Assembly: GCA_021432655.1 (NCBI GenBank)
Contig: MU271431.1
Span: forward strand, 1-32,240
Length of the DNA: 32,240 nt
Source of the DNA: Atractiella rhizophila
Taxonomy: Eukaryota
Reading direction: 5' to 3'
Part shown: piece after piece, positions 23,217-32,240 of the stretch
How the letters are laid out: each line of letters opens with the position of its first letter
Position numbering within the stretch: position 1 is the first letter of the stretch
The notes under the pieces: generated by a model
What the model was told of the DNA's origin: nothing
Seen by the model: the letters and a program-made list of their open reading frames with translations, nothing else
Databases searched by the model: none
Program-made: the position numbers and the translations under genes

Positions 23217-25316
23217 ATGCCCTCAGGTTTAGCTGAAGCTCCCCTCCTAGAAGTTCATCCCGAAGTGCTAGTAATTTCTGAGCTTCCAAAAGCGGAGAGA
23301 GAAAGAATCGCGAAGGAGACGCTCAACCATTTCTACCATGCCACCATCGGTGGATTCCTTCAGGAGTTTTTCCCAGATTGCGCAAATATCAGCCTCGAAG
23401 CCGAAGTGGACATGTCGCGGTTGAAAAAGTTTCGAAAAACGATGGGAGGGAAAGGGGAGCTAAAGGCGGAGAAAGACATGTACTCCAACATTGTGAGCAT
23501 TCGTTTCAAGTGAGAGGGCAAAGTTTAATGGGCTGGGTGCTACAGGCAGAGTTCATGAACTGTCTATTAGAAAGGACAGAATTGGAGTTCTGGAACCTGC
23601 ATAGATATGGCGATTCTAACGATTACGATGGAAAGCCAGATTCCAATAAGCCTGACTTTACGGCTGTGATGAGGGGGGAATTGAAACCTGAAGACGACTG
23701 TTATCGCCAATTAGATCGAATGTGCTGGAAGCACTGTTGTCTGCTCGGACACGCGAGATACCGAAAGAGGGACCCTTTCGTCCCCTCCAGGTGGAGCAGG
23801 AAGAGGGAAGACGCGCTGCGGCGAATCCTCCACTATTTTACGGATCTCACTTATGTCCAGCAGCGCACGTCATCCGTTCTCATCCTGTTTTTCACTACCG
23901 GGACGAGAGCTGTTCGTTGGAGTCCCAGACAGATCATTTACACTGACCAGTTCGAATTCAAGGAGAACGACCAGTTCGCCAAATTTTGCTGTTTGGTCCG
24001 GGTGTATGCTTCAGGCAACCAAGGTGTCGACGATCAATTCACCAAAATCGAAGGCAACGTCGCGGAGGAAGCCGTTGCAGTCTTTAATGGCAAGAAAGAG
24101 TTGGTCCAGCGGGCTGGATTTAGTATTCCTAACGCTTCCGACTGGTAGGAGCTGCACGTTCCTCCCTTGTCACCTCCTGATGACCCTTATAGGCAATCTT
24201 CGAGGCAGTTGGTTGTGGGCAAACTCGCTATTTATCGCCCATCAGTTTTTGGAAGAAATGGGAAATACTTCGTTGGGTACGAGAAAGGGAAGCTGAAACG
24301 ATTTATTTCGTCAAGGCAAACTGGGCGTACACAGGCGGGGGTCGTGTACCTGAGTCGCAAGTGTACCAAAAGAGCAAGAACTCACGACACATTCTGAAGA
24401 TGACCTATGGTGGTTACCCCAAAAGCGTGAACGACCTTCACTACACCCTCAAGAACTCGCCCCATGCGACACCGTCTACAAAAATAGAGTTGCAAAAGGT
24501 GGAGCAATGGGTCAAGGAGGAAGAGGCAGCAATAATGGAGCGAACTTATCCCGAACAGAGATTACACTTCCTTGTCCTCCCTTTTGTCCGTCTCTTTCCA
24601 CGTTTCGGGATGCCTACGAACTCCTAGAAGGACTTTACGGTGGCATTCAGGGTTGGTTCTTGTCGCTTCTGGGACCTGCCACTCTGATCTTTTGCCTAGG
24701 TCTTCTGGATATGTACCTGGAGGGATACCTTCACCGCGACATCAGCAACTCCAACATTGGTCTGGAAGACTATGCGGATGGCGTGAAAGGCATCTTACGA
24801 GACTTCGATTTTGCTGTGACATTAGATCCCAAACTGAGAACAGACAGTCACAGTCGAACGGTACGCACTTTCCCCTATGATCAACAAGGCTGACAACGTT
24901 AAGTGCGGAACATACCTTTTTCTCGCTGCATCGCTCTTTGATCTGAGGCCGCCCAGCCACCAGTTGATTCATGATGTTGAATCCTTCTCCTTATTTTAAC
25001 AGTCGAGACATTCTTGCACTTGACCTACGACCCTGCAACGCAACTGTTAGCACAAAGGCTCGTTCTGTCGTACCGGCAAGCGTACGCAGGGTTTGCGAAG
25101 GTACAGGAGATATTGGGAGCTTTCGAAGGATTCGCAGAGGAGGACCCGGAACAAATCGATATTCTTGGTCCCCTCATTTTGGTATTTCGCCAATTTCTTG
25201 GAGCGCTTTACATCCCAAAGAAAATGCGAAACGGTTTCGCGAAAAGCATGATCCTCTCTTTATCTTTCAGTTCACTTTTGGGCAACTTTCTCGGTTCGGT
25301 GGTTGTCAGTCAATAG
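23217..25316 (+). pseudogene. Fungal-type protein kinase (FunK1 / Pkinase_fungal), copy 1, 3'-truncated and disrupted
   Basis: GYLHRDISNSNI...GILRDFDFA...RT/GTYLF...HDVESF plus an N-terminal region FLQEFFP...KPDF...QQRT...RAVRW. Lesions relative to copy 2 are TAG at 24146-24148 (TGG in copy 2) and apparent 1-bp deletions near 24291, 24591 and 24988. The true start is not determined. Confidence 0.85.
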
Positions 25317-26452
25317 CGTACTCACTGAGCATTGCTCAGTCGATATTTTCAAGGACTCCGACGGACAGCTTATGTCACATACGTCTTTTATATATAGGTC
25401 AATGAATCAAATTATGCGTGGTATTAGGCTCTTCTAAACCATAATACTAGCTTTGCGCTGCGGTTGTGATGCCCAGAAGTTCTGTCGGAACGTACCTGAT
25501 CGCTCAATGTGCTGCAGCGCCATGTCGTGCTCTTCGTCTTCTCCAAGATGAGACATGACTGATGGGAAGAAAAACAAAGTGTACAACCATGTCACTTGAG
25601 TGAGAAGGAGTTGCGCATCAATTCTGTAGAAGCTAATGATTGAATTTGTCATGGAATTTGAACCGATTTCAAGTTACTATCAGAACGACATGAAAGGCCT
25701 TATTTATGCCGTCCTTCTATTCACAAACTACTCCACTTTTGTGAACAAACGAGACGGGTAGGATCCTTCATCTACATTGCGTAGTGGATGTTGGAGTGTA
25801 CGATTGGACTGTCAGGATCCCGCATGTGTCAGCATTCAAGTCGTTGGAGAAAATCTGGCACAGGAAACAATGTCCGATTTCGTCCCCTTCATGTGGAGCA
25901 GTAAGAGGGAAGACGCGCTGCGGCGAATCCTCCACTATTTTATGGATCTCGCTTATGTCCAGCAGCACACGTCATCCGTTCTCATCTTGTTTTTCACTAC
26001 CGGGACGAGAGCTGTTCGTTGGAGTCCCAGACAGATCATTTACACTGACCAGTTCGAATTCAAGGAGGACGACCAGTTCGCCAAATTTTGCCGCTTGGTC
26101 CGGGCGTATGCTTCAGGCGACCAAGGTGTCAACGATCAATTCACCAAACTCGAGGGCTATGTCGCGGAGGAAGCCGTTGCAGCCTTTAATGGCAAGAAAG
26201 AGTTGGTTCAGCGGGCGGATTTAGTGTTCCTGACACTTCCAACGTGTGGGAGCTGCACATTCCTCCCTTGTCACCTCCCGATGCCCCTTATAAGCAATCT
26301 TCGAGGCAGCTGGTTGTGGGCAAACTCGGTATTTATCGCCCATCAGTTTGTGGAAGAAATGGGAAATACTTCGTTGGGTACAAGAAAGGGAATCCTGAAA
26401 CGATTTATTTCGTCAAGGCAAACTGGGCGTACACGTGTCCCTGAGTCGCAGG

Positions 26453-26756
26453 AGTGAGAAACTGATTTCTTATCGCCTTGCACTAAGGGTCCCCAATCAC
26501 TTATCAGTGAGTGCAAGCGATACAAATAATGTTATGTGATTTCATTGTAAATAATCGTACATACCTAAGGGTCCCCAATCACTTATCAGTGAGTGCAAGC
26601 GATACAAATAATGTTATGTGATTGGGGAAAAGAAAGAAAAGGGAAACACATCAAGCCATACTTATAAGTCCGGGTTAGCGGTGAAGTGCACATGTTTGGT
26701 ACGGCATCCGGAACGCGAGGCAAACGAACCAAACAGATGACATCCGATCTCCAACA
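26453..26756 (-). mobile_element. Probable solo LTR of an LTR retrotransposon (304 bp, 5-bp target-site duplication)
   Basis: Absent from kinase copy 1 and flanked by GCAGG at 26448-26452 and 26757-26761. The minus strand begins TGTTGGAG and ends ...TCTCACT, one base from the canonical CA. An internal TATA-like TTATAAGTA is followed by a pyrimidine tract. Confidence 0.75.
26483..26623. repeat. 59-bp perfect direct repeat (82-bp period) inside the putative solo LTR
   Basis: ctaagggtccccaatcacttatcagtgagtgcaagcgatacaaataatgttatgtgatt occurs at 26483-26541 and 26565-26623. Confidence 0.95.
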
Positions 26757-27536
26757 GCAGGTGTACGAAAAACTCAAGAGCTCGCGACACATTCTGAAGA
26801 TGACGTACGGTGGTTACCCCAAAAGCGCAAAAGACCTTCGCTACACCATCAAGAACTCGTCCCATGCGACGCCTTCTACAAAATTAGAGTTGTAAAGGGC
26901 GGAGGAGGCAGCAGCGATGGAACGACCTTATCCTGAACAGAGATTACACTTCCTTGTCCTCCCCATTGTTCGTCCTCTTTCCACATTTCGGGATGCCTAT
27001 GAACTCCTAGAAGCACTTGACCTTGGCCTCCAGGGTTTGTTCTTGTCGTTTCTGTGTCCTGCTCCTCTGATCTTTTGCCTAGGTCTTCTAGATATGTACC
27101 TGGAGGGATACCTTCACCGCGACATCAGCAACACCAACATTGGTCTGGAAGACTATGCGGATGGCGTGAAGGGCATCTTACGAGACTTCAATTTTGCTGT
27201 GACATTGGATCCCAAACTGAGAACTGTCAGTCACAGTCGAACGGTACGCGCTTTACCCTATGATCAACAGGGCTGATAACATAACGTTAAATAGGGAACA
27301 TACCTTTTTCTCGCTGCATCGCTCTTTGATCTGAGGCCGCCCAGCCATCAGTTGATTCATGATGTTGAATCCTTCTACCATATTTTAACAATCGAGACAT
27401 TCTCGCGCTTGACCTACGACCCTGCAGTGCAACTGTTAGCACAAAGGCTCGTTCTGTCGTACCGGCAAGCGTACGCAGGGTCTGCGAAGGTACAGGAGAT
27501 ATTGGGAGCTTTCGAAGGATTCGCAGAGGAGGACCT

Positions 27537-27728
27537 GGAACAAATCGATATTCTTGGTCCCCTCATTTTGGTATTTCGCCAATTTCTTGGAGCGCTTTAC
27601 ATCCCAAAGAAAATGCGAAACGGTTTCGCGAAGGAACAAATCGATATTCTTGGTCCCCTCATTTTGGTATTTCGCCAATTTCTTGGAGCGCTTTACATCC
27701 CAAAGAAAATGCGAAACGGTTTCGCGAA
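27537..27728 (+). repeat. Perfect 96-bp in-frame tandem duplication (32 aa) in kinase copy 2
   Basis: 27537-27632 equals 27633-27728 and encodes EQIDILGPLILVFRQFLGALYIPKKMRNGFAK twice. Confidence 0.97.
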
Positions 27729-28504
27729 AGACCGTAGGAATAATCTATCGGAATACTTTTCAAGACTAAATATCCTATCGCCTGAAACGGACCAGTCTGC
27801 CAACGATTCTGTTATTGATGTGGTCGATTTCGACCAGAAGGATGACCAAAAGTGCCTACTCCAATTTCTAATAAAAGTTTTAGGACTCGTCATCAAGCGT
27901 AACAAGAAAACGCTGAAGAAGATGGTTCACAATGCCAGAGTACAAACTGATGAGATTTTGGTGACAACGAAGGATTAGGGAATAGTGCAACCGGTGTAGT
28001 TGTAGGTGAGAAACGTTCATAGTGATCCAATTTCGGGTCATTTACTTAGCCAACAATCACGAGGAGATCAACGGTTGAGAACGTAGGCCAAAAAGTGGAG
28101 AGACTCTCCCACCGTGATCGATTCTTTGTCCCACCGCTGACCGCTAGGCACAGAACTCAAAGATCTCAAGGGCTAATCTCAACATTTTGGGACCGATTCA
28201 TGTATCTGTATCCTTGCCTTTGCCCTTCATCTATATGTTTTGGCAAAAGTACCGGCATGAGGGATGGGACATTACTGCCGTAAAAACGATTCAAGACTTG
28301 CAGCTTCAGACCCTTTCATGCTGCGTCACCCTTGCAGGAGGGGATTATAATACTACGTCGAGAAAGTCGCTTCAGAAGCTATGAACAAGGAGAGAGAGAT
28401 GCTGAATGGTCAAGCTCCGTTCAAGTTGCGTAATACAACAACCTGGGCGTGTAAATAAATCCAAGGCACCATCATCTACACTCACACTCACCTCCCCAAA
28501 CCTT

Positions 28505-30100
28505 CTACACCGCACCACCCTCCTCCCTCTCCACCCCCCTCTTCGCTCCCGCACCGCGCCACCTCTCCCACCTCATCCTCACCCCCTCCCAGCCATCCAA
28601 CGCCGGCCGGACGTCCAAAAAGAAGGCGAGGTCGCTCCCACGGCCTTTGTAGAAGTCGATCACGTATCGTATCTGTGCCGGTTTGCGATCGTCCGTCGTC
28701 ATGGTCGTCGTCGTCGGCGTCGTTTCTTGGGGTGAAAGAGATGGAGAGGGAGTGGGAGAGGGAGGAGGGAGGGGACGCTCGATGATCCAGTCGTGGCGAT
28801 CGAACGGGGGTGCGTACCTGTGCAGCCGTCAGCCATCACATTATGCTACAAGTGCATGCGCACAATGCGGCAGGTGGGAATTCAGGGCGAGTTGACGGTA
28901 CGGCAAGGGAGAAAGGTCTTTTTCTCTTGTCATGGGCTCCACGCGCTAGCAAAGTACGCGCGCCCCGTCGTCCGCATTTATCTTGGACACGAAAAATGGA
29001 AAGCGAAGAGTGGGGAGTTAAAGAGTCTACGTAAGATGGGGTCGTTACGTGACAGAAGGATGGACTAAGGCTGGCTGAGGAAGTGTGTAGCTCTTGGTTT
29101 GTGGGATGTCTGTGGATATGTCAAACCTCTACACCATGCTATGTGTATCATCACCACTATTTCCTCATGGTAGGTCCGTAACCCAAACATAGGATGTAGA
29201 CTCTGCACTCGGGGAGGCCCTAGTTCACTGTATAGACGATCCCTTGCTCTTCCTTCCCTTCCTTCCACAACATAGGACTGGGTCGGAAAGAAGGAAAAGA
29301 AAGAGAGGCACGTCCTCTCATACACCACACCAGCCCAACAAATACCATCCAAAGGCAAGGCATAAAGGAGTGAAGAAATAAAGACAGAGATAAGAAAGAG
29401 AACGAACCCGATCCAACTCCTCCACCTCGCTCTCGGCGTCATATCCCCCGCCCTTCCTCTGAACGACACCAACTTCACCTGTCCCTCCACTCCACCTCCA
29501 CTTCCACCTCCCTGCACATCCTCAAGAGGCCCCAGCAGTGGACCCAACCATGCTCTCCCACTTGAGTATCTCCCTCCACACCTTCTCGTTGACCGCATTA
29601 TGAATCTGCACGATAGACTCCGCCGTTTCCGGAGGCACGGTGCGGGTGTAAGAGGGCGGGTGTTTGGAGACAAGGGAGGTGTAGAACTGGTGCGGGGAGG
29701 GGTAGACCCAGTTTGCTTCTCCCGCTCCCGCTCCTCCTTCTTCTGGCGCAGTATTGGAATCGCTGGCTGATGCGGACGATGTGGAAGGGTGCGAGTGGGA
29801 GAAGCGGGCCTCGGAGGAGGGGACGGAGAGCGAGGAACGGGGGATGGAGGAGACCACGCGTTCTTTGGAGAGCGTGTCTCTCCAGTCTCTTCCTTTGTCC
29901 CTTTCCCTCTCTGACTCTCCCGACGCTTGGGGTGGATGTGCTGCTGGAGTGTCGGTGGGCGGGTGGAAGAGCGGATGGTCGTAGGATGAGCGGAGGTGGT
30001 GGGGCACAGGACAGGATGATGCCGTGGCTGTAGCTGGTGAAGGAGATGGTGACTGTGCCGGGGGAGAGTCTGGCGCAGGAGTGGAAGTAAAGGGCCACAT
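28505..30100 (-). CDS. CYT2: Holocytochrome c-type synthase (heme lyase), CYT2/cytochrome c1-like
   Basis: CPV heme-regulatory motif plus LSKERVVSSIPR, NWVYPS, IHNAVNE..W..ILKWE, KLVSFRG, GY.PPFDRHDW, RYVIDFY and LDVRPALDGWEG. Introns are inferred at 29548-29512 and 29407-28818. The CYT2 versus CYC3 assignment rests on recalled motifs and is less certain than the family call. Confidence 0.9.
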
Positions 30101-30355
30101 TATGTGTCCTACCCTCGCCTAATAAATTGTTGGTGGATGAAAATGGACGGGCGGATTCATGGCATCAAAAAATCGGGAAGGGTAAGCATAACTTTTTTAA
30201 ATAGTACTCGCACCTGGAGATTCAAGTGCTCAAATCCGTGTTGTTTGTCTCTTTAACGTTGGCAAAAATTCATTGAACTAAATAATCATTGGCATCTAAC
30301 GACACTTCTCATTGAAGAGATAAGTTCTGTGTCCAGTATGTCATCATGAGTCTTG

Positions 30356-32240
30356 TTATATTGGTGTGCAAAGTATAAACGCAGTCCCAAACCCAAGAAG
30401 GTCGCCGCTCAACCTGCAACCACCAGGGATCAAATCAGCAATTGAGAATCATCACTGAGAGTGCACGGCGCACCGTTCGATTGTAAAGTTCGCTTCCTCA
30501 AGCATGCTCCTCCATTCACCAAACGTTCGCTCTTCACCATTCACGCCAGCCATCATTTGCAAGTCAAGGGTCTGCATGGCGACATGGGCTCAGATTGCGT
30601 GGTACGTTCTCTCAAGGAACGGAAAGACGCACGTAGGGGAACTGCACCCCTGCCCCGAAGTTGGACAGGAGAGGGGACGACGCGAGAGGAGGTTGGTAGG
30701 CGTCGGACAGGGGAAGTGTGGATGCGGGAGAACAGTATCGCACCACTCTATCTAGGATGATGAGTCGCGACTTTTTCGACGGCATTGCTTGATGGACGTT
30801 TCTTAGAATCTTCAAACAATCCTCTCGGGACCAATCATGACTAGCACAAACTCGCACTCAATCGATGCCAGAAGCTGGATCAAGCAGACTCACAGCACTT
30901 GGCGCATGAAGTAAACCTCTTTATCTTTCGGTATGATCTCGTCGAAAAAGCTGCCTGCCACCACCTGAACCTCCTTCGAAGCGAGGGCAGAGGCATCTTC
31001 CGCCCTCCAGTACTCTTCCGCCTCCTTCACGACCTGCGGGAGGTCTTGAACCAAACAATGGAGCTGAGGATGTGCGCGTCGGAGGATCTGGACTTGATGT
31101 CCTAATCCGCCGCCGACGTCCACGATGGTTGACTTCGCCTTTATCAACTGGAGTTAGTATTGATTGGCGACTTTGAGGTTGGAGGAGCGAACCGGCAGGG
31201 ATGCCCATTCGTAAGCCTTATCAGCTTATTAGATTGTACATGCCATCTTGGAAGAAGACTCACCCCCAAAATCTCGTCGTCACTACCAAACTTCTTCGTT
31301 CCAATCATCGCCATATTGAACCTAGACATATTAGACTTAAGCGTTATTGTTTTGGAGGTATCTAACGCACCTCTTTTGGAGGTTCTCGTGTTGGGAAAAC
31401 CATTCCCACATTCCGCCATCGAATCGATTGGCGAGCTTGGGCCCGGTGTCTTTGACGTCGTACGACTTGCTCAGTTCGGGCGTGCGAAGCATTTCGGAGA
31501 GGTAAGCAGAGTATTGATATACGTCGCCAGTTCTGCAACCGCACGGCCAATCTTAGCTACCTCCAGTCTGTTGAGAATACGAATCTTACGTGTGCTAGAA
31601 TCAGGATGAGACGCTGTCAGCTATTGTGGATCGCCATTAAAGTGAAAAGCATACCGCTAGGAGGGCCGCCACACCGTTTGTATCCTCATACCAGTCAGCC
31701 TCTCTAGCCACAAATGTGAGTATACGCTGAGGTAAAGAGTGAGAATGTCTCTACTTCTGATTCTTGAGAACGTCGAAATCTTTCCCAGTGGAAAGGGAAA
31801 CCGAGAGTCGATTGTTGGCGAAAACGTCCGGTCGAACCTCCTTGAAAAAGTGCTTGGTGCACAAAAGTCTCAGGACGCGTCCTGCGATAGTCATCAAGTC
31901 AACTTCATCAGACCACAAAATTCGATAGACTGGCCTAGTTTACGAGGTTCGATGCCGGTTTTAGCTCCGAGTTCTTCGATATGCAACCCTTAGATCCAGC
32001 AGTGGCCAAAAGTTCGGGAAGGTGGGCTTCGATTGCAACGCGCATGCAAGCCGGATAGTGAAGCTATTGTTGAACGGTGAGGAGACAGTATTTGATAGAT
32101 ACTGGACTCGCACAGAGAAAGCTTCGCGGATACTAGCCATTGCAGGAGGGTCGCAAAGCTGCATGAGCTGATTGCATGCAGCTAGTACCTAGATCCCGGG
32201 TTGAGCAATGAATTAGTGACCAGGAGTGGTATGAACTTGG
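30356..32240 (-). CDS. SAM-dependent O-methyltransferase (Methyltransf_2 family), 5' end beyond the window
   Basis: IVDVGGGLGH, VQDLPQVV, GSFFD, YFMRQVL/HDWSREDCLKILRNVHQAM, SRLIILD and PLLSNFG. The N-terminal VLAACNQL..P segment is preceded by an intron at the window edge. The stop TAA at 30356-30358 is inferred. Confidence 0.92.

Larger units (their letters stand above)
22498..27728. repeat. Tandem segmental duplication of about 2.74 kb (unit 1 22498-25244; unit 2 from 25242)
   Basis: The block starting aaaagcatgatcctctc at 22498 recurs at 25242 and stays near-identical for about 540 bp. Kinase segments ~23775-25244 align with ~25878-27632. Confidence 0.95.
25878..27978 (+). pseudogene. 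Fungal-type protein kinase (FunK1), copy 2, 5'-deleted and disrupted
   Basis: Has YFVKANW, GYLHRDISNTNI, DFNFA (D->N versus copy 1), HDVESFY and the native C-terminus to TAG 27978. It lacks about 730 bp of N-terminal coding DNA and has a 1-bp deletion near 26217, a 304-bp insertion and TAA at 26893-26895. Confidence 0.85.

Noticed and set aside
25434..25652. 72-aa minus-strand ORF in the duplicated upstream block
   Set aside because: The sister copy (about 22690-22910) differs by indels and substitutions and there is no motif support, so it is likely a chance ORF.
26483..26623. Repeat-spacer-repeat pattern resembling a CRISPR array
   Set aside because: Only two 59-bp copies with a 23-bp gap, inside an LTR-like insertion in a eukaryotic genome, and no cas genes.
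27711..27740. Helitron 3' terminus at the kinase hairpin
   Set aside because: The hairpin is followed by GAAAGACCGTAG rather than a canonical CTRR end, and no Rep/helicase is present. Kept only as a breakpoint observation.
31160..31609. 149-aa plus-strand ORF and similar antisense ORFs elsewhere (e.g. 5571-5996, 11071-11421)
   Set aside because: They are shadows opposite well-supported exons of the O-methyltransferase, PNS1 and the sugar porter.
9792..32240. Secondary-metabolite cluster (O-methyltransferase, dehydrogenase, transporter, regulators)
   Set aside because: No PKS, NRPS or terpene backbone gene in the window, and these genes are interspersed with housekeeping loci.

Overview
This is a eukaryotic, intron-rich fungal window with short GT-AG introns, CTRAY-type branch sites and micro-exons. 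The gene content is basidiomycete-like (inference). From left to right it holds a Zn2Cys6 transcription factor (-) whose zinc cluster is split by a 1,078-nt intron, PNS1 (-), an apparently frameshifted F-box gene (+), an MFS sugar porter (-), a divergent HMG-box factor (+), an acyl-CoA dehydrogenase (-) with an internal 260-bp tandem duplication, and an unassigned multi-exon gene (+). Next is a ~2.7-kb tandem duplication that left two decayed fungal-type (FunK1) kinase copies, one carrying a probable solo LTR. The window ends with a cytochrome c1-type heme lyase (-) with a 590-nt intron and a partial O-methyltransferase (-). I found no clearly new multi-gene system. The most unusual signals are two duplications breaking at the same hairpin/palindrome, the two oversized introns, the expanded HMG box and CpG-biased decay of the duplicated DNA. 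Exon structures were inferred by eye and gene ends are approximate where stated.
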